Below are positions 38,931-53,400 of a DNA stretch of 64,000 nucleotides, in pieces; the stretch's first letter is position 1; each line of letters starts with the position of its first letter. The DNA comes from Antedon mediterranea (taxonomy: Eukaryota > Animalia > Echinodermata). Under the pieces are notes generated by a model. The model worked only from the letters and a program-made list of their open reading frames with translations. It was not told the DNA's origin and ran no database searches. Both the position numbers and the translations under genes were made by a program. Location: the NCBI RefSeq assembly GCF_964355755.1, contig NC_092680.1, positions 14,517,045 through 14,581,044 of the forward strand. The letters are read 5' to 3'.

Positions 38931-39585
38931 TCCGAATAAATTAAATAAAGAATAATTTTACAAATAATTATATAAATCACAAATAATAATAATATAAATC
39001 AAAAATTATAAACCCCAGCAGGATTTGTACCAGTAACCTTCTGTGGCAATATTTTGCAAAGTACTTCACTCACTATCTGAGTGCTTTCATTTTGAGTGTT
39101 GAGTGAAATCTGATGCTTTCTTTCCATTTAAATTTGTGACTGTTAAGTCATTTGGGAGCAAACAGCTTCTTCCTTTCATTATAATGTTTTTTACTATTCA
39201 ATATACAGTTTTACGCTTGTATGCTAGTGTTGCAATAATTCTAATCATATTACTGTAGAAGTTGTTTGATTCATACAGTTTGGCACATCTAATTTGATAG
39301 TTTTTAATGATGAATGCTGTTTTACAATTATTCTTTTGTAGTTTAAGAACTATCTTTGTAACCCAAACAGTTGATACATTTATATTTTAGGATCCTTCCT
39401 GGGTATGTATTTCGATATTAATGATTTTAAGGGATTATATCTATATAGTGATTAAATTTTAAGCATTCATTGACCATGCTTTATTTTACTTTTTGATAAT
39501 TAAATTTGTGCATTATTTGAAAATTGAGTTCCCTTGAAATAAGTAATTGATTGATTTAATGTAATCATATTTATTGCATATACAG

Positions 39586-40370
39586 TATACAAATAATGAA
39601 TGTTTGTGAGTGTAATGGTACAAATAATGGCATGAGGTGAATGATGAAAGGTTATATTTTAACGAGGCGAAGGCGAGTTGATATAACCTTTCATCATTCA
39701 CCAAAAATGCCATTATTTGTACCATTACACGAATATAAACATTCATCATTTGTTTTATATAACATCAGATTCCTGTCATTTGACTAAATAAAAGGTAGGC
39801 TCAGCTAGCCAAAATGCCTACATTTGATTCACATTGATTAAAACAGTAACATTTAGTTTTTAATATTAAATATTATTATTATATGGATTTTATAAACACA
39901 CCTACTGTAGTGTTATTTATGTCAACAAACTACAATTAACTACAACAAGTTACTAGTAGACCTAGCTAGGCTGAAAGACAGCAATACGAAACTTGGACAG
40001 GCAACTGGAACTCATCTAAGCTAATTATGTTTTTTCTAACGATCCCACGTCAATTGTAGAGATGTTCCCATTAATAATCAAAATCCTAAAAACGATCTAA
40101 AGCTAATTTAAATGAATTTTTGATCTAAATTAGTACATATATATTTTTCGCAAAAAATGTACTTCTATCGCGAAACAATAACATTTGTGACGAAAGTATA
40201 AAATAGGTGGCGCTGTTGTATTTCAAATGCTATAGTATTAAAAAAATATTTTCCGTACACGAAAAAAAGTACTACTGTATTAAACGATCGTTTTAATACT
40301 GCGTACTATTGCACGCCATGTGACCCAAAATCGTCTAATCAAATGACAGGAATTTATCTAGAGTAGAATA
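39586..40370. mobile_element. Unclassified repeat with a ~170-bp terminal palindrome centred on CGAGGCGAAGGCGAG (possibly Crypton-like)
   Basis: The palindrome spans 39590-39755. The other end is homologous, inverted, to 45595-45890, and a partial arm occurs at 44168-44230. Confidence 0.55.
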
Positions 40371-40849
40371 TACATAGTTTTCATATTAAGTACTAATTGC
40401 CAGTAAAAACTTATAACCTAAGTGTAATTTTAAATTGTAAATATGAATACATGGTATAATGGTTTAAACAAAGTTGTCATGAGTATTGGTTTGAAAACAG
40501 ATCATAATTATTAATGTTCTGTTTGTTGTTACGCGTTGTGCATTACCAAAATCCCTACTGTAAAAAAAGAATTTCGTATGCATTAAAAATCATGTACAGT
40601 GTATGTTAATATCGGAGACATTAATGGCTTATGTCAGATTGGTGATATACTAATGAAAATCAAAGGCTTGGGAGGAAAAATGGTTTATAATATTCATAAT
40701 TGCAATCTGAAATTGAAAACAGGTGTAGCATAAATTACTGTAAAAAAGAGATAATAAAACCTAGTAGTGTATTAATATAGCATTTAGATCTGTTGCTGTT
40801 CAAACAAACACGTTAAATGAGAATGTAGATGTCAATTCAGGGGTGAAAA

Positions 40850-40998
40850 AAAAGCTGGTGACAATGTTTTTTCTGTCACCGCTCCGCGTATCTGGAACGC
40901 GCTTCCTGATGATTTAAGAGGACCGAATTCAGCACCTATTTCAACTCTGCTCTGTTCTTTGTAGGCCGCAATATAAAAACATAGATTAGATAGATTAG
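40850..40998 (+). mobile_element. L2-like LINE 3' end
   Basis: GDNVFSVTAPRIWNALPDDLR followed by a (GATTA/GATA)n tail. Confidence 0.6.
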
Positions 40999-42045
40999 CA
41001 TACTTTGTGTGTATGAGGTTGTTAAAGGTCTTCTGGCAGGGTCTACAAGTTACAGATTAGCAATACCTTGTGGACACGAGACTGTTAAAGGCCCTCTGGC
41101 AGGGTCCACAAGTTAGAGATGTGCTCATGTATGGAGTAGCAATACCTTGTGGTGTATGCTGTCAAAGGCCTGGGGGAAGAGAGTCTATGAAAAAATTTGC
41201 TGATAATAATATTATTTATTATTAACGGCTATGAGCACTCGCTAACTAAACCCAGGGGCCCCAAAGGTTATGGGGGCCCAGTGACCAGAGAGAAAAAACA
41301 GGCAATAAAATATGCTTAAAAAGGCTTAAAACGCCCGATTCCTCCAGTGTTGGAACTTGGAAGGCCATTTAGGTTTCCTAAGGCAGGGGCCTCAGGCCTC
41401 TGCATCATGCCACTTACTACGAGTCTTTAAAAATGAACAATCTACTGGTACAACTCACCAAATTGATTAATCATTTATTTTAAATTCGCACTTGATGTAC
41501 TGCTCATTATCAAATATACATAGGCATTATCTCCGAGTAAAGTATACTTTATATAGTACAGTAAATACAAGTACGAATATTTTCATAACCCAATTTATTC
41601 ATTTTTATATACAGTATACGCAAATAAATCCGGACCAGAATACAGGCTCAGTGTGAACATAGCTTTAAGTCTCTTTCAGTATATAAAACTCATAAATGTG
41701 ACACTACTCAACTTATGACATGAGCTGTGACAGGACATTTCAGTTTAATAGACTTTCAATTGATTTTGCATTAAAATTTATTGAGAAATAATCATTAATC
41801 TATATTTGAAATATTTACATTAATCTATCAAACACTATTCGTCGTGCGTCACTTACTTTTAACTACGCTATAAAACATTTAATCATATTATTATGCTGTA
41901 TCAAAAATTTCTTACTGAATGTATGTATATATAAGTATGTACGGTACTTCGGTTTAATTATTATATTTAATTTGATTTAAATTGTTCAGCTTAAATGAAT
42001 TTTCTTTAAAATCAGTATGTTACACCAGTACTGTGAAACACCAAT

Positions 42046-42434
42046 ATAGTATTTTTTTTTTTTTCAAATCGGCCTGTCTTCAACATTATGATACTGTCCT
42101 CTAGCTGTTCAACCGGTTTTCAGCTATTAAAAACAATTATCGTAGGAGGAGATAGGAAAATGCGAAGTATCCTCGTATTATTGTGTGCAGGTATTTTTCA
42201 TGAGGACATCCATTAGACAGTGTATACCACGATCGGAAAACACCCCTATTTGGGGCAAATCGTTGAACCTAAATTCGTTTTAATTGTCAATAACTAATTA
42301 TCTAACTAAAATTAATTAGTAAACAGGGTTACATCAGGTGGTTAAAATCACAAACTTTATATACCATCGAGTAAACATTCTAGAAATAACGCGCGATTTA
42401 CCGAATTTTGCCCTTACGTAAATTTATATATAGA
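42046..42434 (-). mobile_element. 5' fragment of the same Helitron family
   Basis: Closely similar to 56080-56481. Confidence 0.75.
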
Positions 42435-45400
42435 AGAGGAAGTAGAATCCAACATTAATTGAACAATACAAATAATCAATTTCAGGGATTTTCAGGAACC
42501 TCCCTACTGGGTTTACCTCTTAAATCAAACCCTAACCCCAACTAAACTAAAAATCAACCTAGTATAGGTTTTTCCTTAATATGTATTGGAGTAAACATGT
42601 GTAAAATAATCAGGTTTGAATGATAATGAAGCTGTTTTAATGACCAATGCCTTTAATCCTGTTAATTGACATTTCTACTTTTGTAGCTGTCACCTGAAGG
42701 TATTCATGACTATAGTCAGTCTATTATAGTAAGTTATGTTAAAGTGTATGAGTTAAATGACTTTGAAGCTTGTCATTATGAAAGGCAATTATAATCCTAA
42801 TTATACATCATGTGTCTACTATTAGATATAGATCTTATTGCTAGGCAAGAGAGAAATGATTATTTTTATTGATTTAAGATGACAAAATGAATGCACAGCT
42901 ATATACAAACATATACAATTATAATAATGATATATGTTTATAATAATATATATATGTTTATAATAATATATTTTTTATATCATTTTTTATTGAAAAAAGG
43001 GCTTCAATGGAATGTTTTCTAGGGGAAGGGAAAACACTACATCCCCAATTCAGTCTCCATTTTTCAAAATCCTGATTTGTGGATCAGGATAATTATATCC
43101 GCCTCCAAATCCGACTGGTATATTATACAGATATTGACTTCTTAGAGGTTAAATATAAGATTTGACATCCCTGAGGGAATGATATTTTTTTTCGAGGGAA
43201 TATATATTTCCTGAAGCGCTAGCTGAGTGAAATATATTACTAATTAATGATTTCTTGGAAATAATATATTCACTTCGGCCTAGGTTGTTTAAATTAACAG
43301 AAGAATTTCCATCAATAAGCCTACATTAATAATAATAATAATATCAGGTAGGCCAAATAAATAATAATTCGTCACTTTCGAGGAGCCGAATCACCGGATG
43401 TTCAGCGTGCTGAACGTACCAGGTTACTACCGTTAGTATTAACCAATGTATGCATAGTTTAAATAGTTTAGTTGATTAATTTCTTTAAGCAAGTTCCGTG
43501 GCGTAGCAGATGAAGCGTTGTCTTGTGATAGAGTGACAATTTCATTGCAAGTTCAAGTCGCAGTAGATGACTTTTGTTTATTTCTCACCAAACGCGAGTG
43601 TTTCCACATGAAAATTACACAGTCAATATCATTGTACTCGAGAATTTGCTGGATTTTATATGTTTATTGACAGGGACACGATAATTACGCGAAAATCAAT
43701 ATCATCGTACTCGAGGATATATATGATTTACGATCCTTGCAGCAGTAGTCATGTGATGCAGTTTCAACCAATCACGTATTTACATGGCTATGTAATATTA
43801 CATCTGTCTTTGCATTGTGACAATTCAAGGTAGACTACGAAATAGTTTGGGTAGCAGCATAGACTATAATAGGTAGGGGGTAGCGAGAATATTAAAAACA
43901 CAGCATATAAGTATATTCGTAACCCGAGTATATTATATAGAGTACATAGGTATCAAACAATTACATACCATGCAGCATGTTCAATGCAGTCATTTAAGTT
44001 ATCACTGTACAAGACTAATGACATTAGTGTCATTTGTTGAGTTGTTCGATACGCATCATTTTCTCGTCTCATTTAATTAGCACTCATAAATAAGTTTGTA
44101 ATTAAATAAATTAGTCTTTGAATGCAACGTCTAATGACCGATATACTTTGGTGTGTGGTATACAGTTAATATACAAATAATGAATGTTTTAATATTTGTG
44201 GAATGGTACAAATAATTTCATATAGGTGAACAAATTGAATTCCGAGTGAAAAATGGAATATTTATTCCATAAATATTAAAACATTATAAACAACATTACT
44301 TTTCAACATTTCATTTAGGTTCAATTGATTGATTCAGAATGGCAATAAAGAATTAATTGAATGTAGAAGCTGTTATTTCCTGTTCTGGCATTGTGTTGTC
44401 AAAGACAAAATACTATTCATCTGATTATTACGTACTCTATTTGTATTATTTTCTCTTTAGCCTTTGGCAATTTTATGTGACGGCTGAATGCTGTGCTCGG
44501 TAGTTCTTGGTTACGGGTCATCTCCATTGGCCAATATCACATTTAAAAACTAGATGGTACCTGTCCTTTGGCGGATGGGTAACTGCTACAGTAAATGCTT
44601 CAAGCATTACTAGCAGGTACCAAGCATTACCAGCAGGTACCCATATATATTCAACCAATACCAATAATAATATATACTATACAAAAGTACAGGAGGTTAA
44701 AACATTAAACTGCTTCCGACTTTTCAATAAACACACTTTATATAAGCTTTCTGCAAAACTAAAAAGAACCATATTGGGAGTATCAGTTATATCAAGAATT
44801 GCTTTTTCCTAATCAAACAGCCACAAAAAATGCCTTATATTTAAAGTGAAATTAGTTGAAAACAACAGCTTGAGATGTTTTATAATTAAAGCTCTTCAAA
44901 GTACAAACTACTGAAAGTAATGATTGTAAAACAGTTTTATGGCTTTATTCAATTTCAAGAAGGAAATGCATATAAGTAATAGGCATCAAGACCACCTGGC
45001 AAAAATGAATTATAACTGTCGTATATAAACTGATTTTCTTTATCTTTATTTTTCTCAGATTGTATTTTGTAAAAATATTTAAAAATAACAACAATCAGCA
45101 GCTGTAAAACATGAACAATTAAGCTTAAAATTTAAAGAAATGGATTATAGATACTGTAGCAGGAAATCTTGGACAGTATCTAGTCTAGCAACAATAACAA
45201 TTCTGTGGTATCGTGTCATACCATTTAATTCAGATTGAAATTAATTTTTTTTACCAAGAAGGTATTTACCATTTAAAACAGTTTATTTTAGTATGATTAC
45301 TGTACATTTGCTTTTTTTTTTTCTGGAAACCTCTCCATTGAATCAGCTAAAAAACAATCTTCTGTCGCATTGCAGGCTTTCCAAGTCTGCTAAAGTTGTA

Positions 45401-47409
45401 CCTTATAACGCTTTTGCAGAGACCTCTACACTATAGACCGCATGATTGGATTTTTCTTTTTGTGTTTGACAAATCTGTATCAGCATGCAATTTAGCAATT
45501 TCATCGTCATTCAATAGCAAAATTGCAACCGACATTGTTCTGATCTTGTTGTTGTGTGCATAACAAACAGTGCTGCTGTTGCAATAGTACAGATTATATA
45601 ACACCTAAATAAATTCTTGTCATTTGATTGGACGATTGTGGGTCACATGGCGTGCAATAGTACGCACTATCAAATGATCGTTCAATAGTACTTTTTTTCG
45701 TGTACGAAAAACAAATCTTTGTGTTAGGAAAATAATTTTTTTTATACTATTGCTTTTGAAATACAACAACGTCATCTATTTTGTACATTCTCCGCTGATA
45801 TTAAATGTTACGACTGGTTTCGGGATGGAAGTACATCATATACATACTCATTTAGATCAAAAAGGGATTATAGCTTTAGATCGTTTGTAGGAGACACTCC
45901 GGACTTGACGCCCTGGTGTTTTGGTGTGAAAGGTGAAATCAAGCAATTCCGGAGTTTAAAACTGCGTTGAACAGCTGAACATTCTCCGGAGAGCGAACTG
46001 CGGGGACACCCCGGTGTTTTGGTATCATTTCAAAATACTTTAAATATTTGTAAAAAATATATAGCGTATCTAGAAAATAATAAGTAGTATCAATAAAACA
46101 TTATATGACTTCTGAGACTTTTGAAAATAATTATTAAAGTAACTATATTATCAATTAAAATAATTCTAATGATCGTCGCTATGTAAACAAACAAAATAGA
46201 GGGTGACATTTTCAATTTATTTTATAAACCCCGGTGTTGCTAGGTTGGTGTGAAAGGAATATCTCCGGAGTTTCTCGGTGTTTAGAATGGTCATAAACCC
46301 TGGAGTGTCTCCGGAGATCACTCCGGAGTTTTTGTGTGAAAGGGGTATAGAAAGTTACAAATGCAAATGTCACTGTACATCTAGATAATTAGTGCCACTC
46401 TCAGATAGAAACATTTTTTTTTTATGTATCCCGAATATGATAAATACAGTTAATTTTATACGAAAACACCACAACCCTAAAAATGGCCATAACCACTCAA
46501 ACGCAGATTATATAGAGTGTTGATTATATTAATCCAAAGGCAAATTACTAACAAAATGACAATGCTGTGGGTATCAGTGGCTGGATCTCAATGGAGATAC
46601 AAAAAAAAAGCGAAAAGCTAAATCAAAACGATAAGTAAAACAGCCAGAAAAGTTAGCAGAGCATGTTGTGTTGATTTATATTTATATATATCCTTATTTG
46701 AATTGACTTTTTGTACATACATTGTATATGACATTCAGATCAGAAATGCCTCTAAATTTTTTTTCTCAAACTTATGTTAAAAGTAGCTAAGATATGTTAC
46801 ATGCATGTTTAACATAAGGCTTTTTGATTTTCTGTAATAAACCATATTTTCTTTCATTTAAAATTTCATAGACAAATGATAAATGATTTCCAATATCTGA
46901 TTATAAAGACACTAGACCTACGTTTTTTCGACCTAATTTAAAGTCACACATTACGTTTTATGTGAAAATAAATACTATATGGACTTATTGCGATACTTTT
47001 ATAGAGTGTTGATTACATAACATAAGTCGATTCTAATAATTATTATTGCCATGATCATCACTGGACCGTCCGAGGTATCTAGTATCTATCTAGTATCTTG
47101 TTTACGTTTTCTTCCTCTCTCCTTAGGAGGCATCTTGAGAAGCGATGTCGAAAATAGTGTGCACAAAATTTGATATGCGCCCTCTGTAGTATGTGAAACG
47201 ATCTATTTGTAGAAGTTTAACTAGAGATCGTTATGTCACCTCACGATGCTCTTTGGGGCCAGCAAAAACACTTGACTCTCACATTGTGGGAAGTTATTAT
47301 CTATTTTTGTTTTTGCCGTACGTGTAGGCTCGTGTATGATTCAAATTAATTGAAAAAGATTAAATATACTTTACTTGCATAATAAAATAAATGTCTTTAA
47401 ACATCAATG

Positions 47410-50400
47410 TTATAAACTTGGTGCAGCCCAGTTGAGAAATCTTAGAGCAAATTCAAAGCCACATAAACAAGCCTATTGAGTTAAAAAAAACAATGATTAT
47501 TATAAATTATGTTACACCTTTGGCCTTCAGATTTGGTTTGGTTTAATCCGAAAAATAATGTTTACAAAAAGTGTAAAGGTGGAGGAATATCTTGTATTTT
47601 GCAGCGTAATTGAGCTAAATTGTGCATAGGTGTGGACGCCTGGGTAACCTTAAACTCTGCCAAAAGACGCAGATATGTACACCAAACTTCCAGTTTTAAG
47701 TCCTTTTTCGAGAAGACTTGTTACTAACAGAACTAATGGTCATTGAGACCTTTGAACCAAGGCAAGGCTGAGCTCTAGTAGATCAAAGGTTTTATGTTTG
47801 GTTGCAAAATGATCAGTTCCACGCCCCTAAACAGAAACCGGAGAATAATGTACTTGACTGTCACCGCAACTAGTGTGAATTTGTCGCAGCTAAGAACAAT
47901 GGACTGTTTACAAGTTCCTATCTTGGCAAGACGAGCTCAGCATCCTGTTTTGCTATTTTATGACTATGTTTCTTGGTACCCCTGCCTTATCACCACTTCC
48001 TCAAAACATTGCACATATTTCAGTGTACAGAACATGACTAGTATTAAGAATAGTGAATTAACAAGTTATAAAATAAAAAAAACTTACAGCATTTGCTGGG
48101 AAAGACCTAATGATAGCTGCTGAAAAGCCTTTATATAGCGACATCAATCCTTCTTGCTTATAGAGTGTAGTGAATACATGACGTAGATTGCGATAGTGTC
48201 CATCTGGAGCTGTCAAAATGGAAATAAAATGTATGTATATGTATGCCAATGTGAGTTTACCGTAACTAAAGAGGCAACAATTTCGGCGTGGCTTCGAGGC
48301 CGACTCACTCTTTGTTCTGGTGGTGGAACAATTCTTGGATAAAGACTATGAACCGTAGGTCCATTCCGGTGTGCACTTTAAAGAACACAGTTCATTATTT
48401 GACGAGGAGAGGATAGGATTAGTGATTAATTTACTATTGGTAATCCTTGGCCACATGTGCCAAAGATATAAAATACAAATGTGTAGATAACAATGTTAGT
48501 TAAAAGGCATTCACATGTCTCCACCAGGACGCAACACAAGGACAAAAAATACACATAGCATAAATACAAGTATTTGACAAATTAAAAGTGACGGATCATG
48601 GATCATGTGATGAACACAAGTATTTGACCAATTAAAAGTAGCGGATCATAGATCATGTGATTGAACATAAGAATTGGGCCAATTAAAAGTGACGGGTCAT
48701 GGATCATGTCATTGGTTATTGGTGTTAGAGATCTAGCGTGAAGCAAACATAACAAACACATACCAGTTTGCATTCTTGATTTCAGGGTATCTGCTGGGAA
48801 AGCATAAATACATATCATCATTCCTGCAACACCACCAGCCAGTAGAGTTCTTCCAGCTCCCAAATTAGCAGAACTGTCAACAATAAGGATTTGGAGACTT
48901 ATCTAGGCTGTAAATAATTAGCTACAATACACAGATGGAAGAATAGTTTTACAATATTTCATGGCTTAATCCTGTCTTTTATTTATATTATTAAAACCAA
49001 TTTCAAATTTAATAGCCTTGTAACAGACTCATGGAACCAGTGAGTTTCAGTGATGATATTTTGCTGATAGATACAGTACCTGGTATTATTGGACAGTTTA
49101 TTAACAAACTCCTTTCTTCTGAGTGGTTAAGGCAGGGGTGCCATTTACCATAGCTGAACAGCCAACAATATCAGCATGTGTGGCCGACTCGCTTCTAGTT
49201 CTAGTGGCGGAAACAAGTCTTCTCGTATAAAGACTATAAACTGTGTACACAGTTAACCTGTGTGCACTTTAAAGAACCCAGTTCATCATCAAGATAAGTA
49301 GGGGGTTAACCCCGGTGAACTGTTCACAAAATAGTGCCTGTGTCAGGGGATTACCACCTATTTGATTTATATATTTATTTATTTTACTTCAACAATATTT
49401 TACGAGGGTGGTCCATCCACCCGAAGCTGATCATTAGGGACCCTAACAAAAATACATCATGACGAGGCATAAACATGTAACAATGAAAATTAAATTAAAA
49501 TAAATATAATTTATAAAGATAAAATAAAGCACAAACAATTTAGAATAAAATTAAATGAATTAAATTAAATTGGCCCTCTCAGAAGAAAAGATAGGAAAAA
49601 GGAAACAACTTAACAGCCGCACTTTCAAAAGCCTGTTTGTTCTTCCTATCTAATTAGTGCATTTGATACCTCCTGTAAAGCGGCCACATTTTTTACTAAC
49701 AATTATATTTTTTGTATGGTAAATTTACCTCTGTAAGTGGCCACCTGAAAATACAATTTTGATACTTATTGTGCTTTTAGCCTTATTTTCAAAGCTTGTG
49801 TGCAAAACCTTTTTGTTTTTATTTATTAGGCATTTGACTGAATCATTATCATTATTTTTAATCATTCTTGCATATTCTTGAAAGTAATTCATTAATTCAT
49901 TTGTATTGATAGGCTGCGGTTTTAAAAACATTTCTGTGAAGATGATTTTTAATAGATACATCTACACAGATTTTGACCGACCATTTTCATGCATTTTAAA
50001 ATTTGTCTGAAAGTCAAATAAATAATACTAAACCACCTGATAATAAACAATAAAATACGAAATATCGTGCATAGCCGAGGGTGGCCGCTTACGGGACGTT
50101 CAACTGTATTTTGTTACTGCAGTTTATAAGAGAGAGAGTAGAATTACAAGATTATAGGAAATACCAAAAATCAAGGCATGGGAAGCATGAGGTCAAAAAA
50201 TTTAAATTAATTATTTTTAAGATTTAATATACCTCCCTCCTTCTGGTGTAAGAGTTTTCTTCATAAGTTCATAAGTTAAGAAGTACACACCGTTTCCAGG
50301 TACATCTGCAAAAATTTGTTAAAAATAACATCATTTGACAAACATCTGACTAAAAAAAGAGATTGGTCAGATTAGGACAAACATCTGACCAAAAAGAGAG

Positions 50401-53400
50401 ATTGGTCAGATTAGGGCAAACATCTAACCAAAAAGAGAGGCTAGTCAGATAGGGTAAATATCTGACCAAAAAGAGAGGTTAGTCAGATAGGGCAAGCATC
50501 TGACCAAAAAGAGACATTAGTCAGATTAGAACAAACATCTGACCAAAAAGAGAGGTTAGTCAGATAGGGCAAGCATCTGACCAAAAAGAGACATTAGTCA
50601 GATTAGGACAAACATCTGACCAAAAAGAGAGGTTAGTCAGATAGGGCAAGCATCTGACCAAAAAGAGACATTAGTCAGATTAGGACAAACATCTGACCAA
50701 AAAGAGAGATTGGTCAGATTAGGATAAACATCTCTGACTAAAAAGAGAGGTTTTTCAAATTAGGACAAACATCTGACCAAAAATAAAGGTTTGTCAGATT
50801 AGGGCAAACATCTGACCAAAAAGAGAGGTTTGTCAAATTAGGACAAACATCTGACCAAAAATGAAGGTTAGTCAGATTAGGACAAATATGTTGTGCAAAG
50901 GTTTTATTTTATAATAAATAAAAATGTCCAGCTTAAAAGAATGATTGATTTATATTTATATGATATTCATTCATTACAAATAAAGATGTGTAACATTGTA
51001 GAAACTGACCAGAAATGTACAGGGACAACCACAAGACAAGCAAAAATACTTTTATAATAGTGGTGCCCTAAAAAAATTATCATTATTTATATTAATATTT
51101 ATTTGTGGAATATCTGGTGGAATTGGTAATTAAGCATCTGAGCTATAATAATTGGTTATCCGCCACAAGCGGATAAGCCCTTGGAATTGTAGTGTTTCTT
51201 TTTTTTTTTTTTATTATTCTTCTTTCTTTCCGCCACTTTTGTACGCGACGTTTCTCTGTAACGTGTTAACATAACATGTTGTAACTTGGTAAATCTTTAG
51301 ACATTTAATTGAAGATGTGCAGCCAAGCTTTTGGACGCTGTCAGAGCCGCGTAGCGTAAGTTACGCGCGATTTTCTGAAAATCTTAAATTGATCATAACT
51401 TCGAAACCGATAAATATTTTTTAACGTAACTTGCAGCCACGTTTTCTTCACATCAATGGCTATCTTTTTCAATCTTTAGCACATTTTTGGACACTAGAAA
51501 GTTTGCGCGTAAATTGCGTTTGAAATTTTAAAATGCTCCAAATTTGTACACGCTGTTTCTCTGCAACGCGTGAACATAACATGTTGTAACTTGGTCAACA
51601 TATAGACATTTAACTGAAGATGTGCAGCCAAGCTTTTGGACGCTGTCAGAGGCGCGTATCGTAAGTTACGCGCGATTTTCTGAAAATCTTAAATTGATCA
51701 TAACTTTGAAACAGATAAATATTTTTTAACGTAATTTTCAGCCACGTTTGCTTTACATTAATTGTTAACTTTTTTATCCCTACCGAATTTTGTAACATTA
51801 GAAAGTGCGTGCGTAAACGGCTTTTGAAATTTTAAAATGCTTCAAATCAATTTCTGATTAAATTAGAGCACGTTTCAGGTCATTTTAAGGGTTTAAAAAT
51901 TGCCACTGGTGCGCACATTTTTACGCGCGCACGGCGCAGGGAACGCGTATAAGCTTTTCTTTTACATAAATTGTGTTTTTCAAACTTAGGTTAACAATTT
52001 TACGTTATTTTATTCACTTTTCAACTTGAAATGGCGTTCTACGAGCACGTTAAACATGACTGGTTGCGCACGAAAACGTCAACAAATTGTGAAAATGTTG
52101 CAAAATATGTCTACTTTTAAAAGTGATACAGTTCATCAGAATGCAAGGTTACCCCCATTTTTTATTTTATTTTATTACAGTCTATGAATCGTAGGTCTGA
52201 TTTATTATAGTGTTGAATGTTAAAACGTGTTTGATGGCTACATTATTTGCATATTAAATATAATTTTCGAAATTTTTATCATCAAACAAACAATAACATA
52301 TTCAAAGAGCAAAACAATAAACATAACGTTTATCTTTTTTCTTTACATGTTAATATATAAAACTTGAAAGTATGCACTTTGCTAATATGTCACTGTTTAA
52401 AATTTGTGAAGATTTCATCATAGTAAAATTTATGATTTAAGATTGATATGTAATAATCAACTTGCATCGAGGGGATTCACGACATACCGAATGAACGAGG
52501 ACTCTTTCGTCGGATTTTCTTCAGCAGGTGCTCATATGGCTCGATGTGTGGTGCAACCGACTTTGGTATCAGAGGTACCGGGTTCAAATCTCATCACGGG
52601 AAAACAATTAAATACAAGGATTTGTTTGGTTATTACACTGAAAGGGCAGTTTTAATTTTGAATAGGCTACTCTTTGGAAAAGTCACAACTGAAAAGTACT
52701 TGAATGCGCAAGATATGTTTTGTTGCGGGCGGATAACCAAACTCGTCCTCAAGTGACGTGTTCAGATCTAGTTATTCTTCTTTCTTTCCGCCACTTTTTG
52801 TACGCGATGTTTCTCTGCAACGTGTTAACATAACATGTTGTAACTTGGTAAACATTTAGAAATTTAACTGAAGATGTGCAGCCAAGCTTTTGGACGCTGT
52901 CAGATCCGCGTAGCGTAAGTTACGCGCAATTTTCTGAAAATCTTAAATTGATCATAACTTCGAAACCGATACATATTTTTTAACGTAACTTGCAGCCACG
53001 TTTTCTTCACATCAATGGCTAACTTTTTCAATCTTTAGCACATTTTTGGAGACTAGAAAGTTTGCGCGTAAATTGCGTTAGAAATTTTAAAATGCTTCAA
53101 ATTTCTAAACGCTGTTTCTCTGCAACGCGTGAACATTTAAACATGTTGTAACTTGGTCAACATATAGACATTTAACTGAAGATATGCAGCCAAGCTTTTG
53201 GACGCTGTATGATGCGCGTATCGTAAGTTACGCGCGATTTTCTGAAAATCTTAAATTGATCATAACTTTGAAACAGATAAATATTTGTTAACGTAATTTT
53301 CAGCCACGTTTGCTTTACATTAATTGTTAACTTTTTTATCCCTACCGAATTTTGTAACATTAGAAAGTGCGTGCGTAAACGGCATTTGAAATTTTAAAAT

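Noticed and set aside
50338-50885. Palindromic repeats resembling CRISPR direct repeats
   Set aside because: No variable spacers; it is a plain minisatellite.
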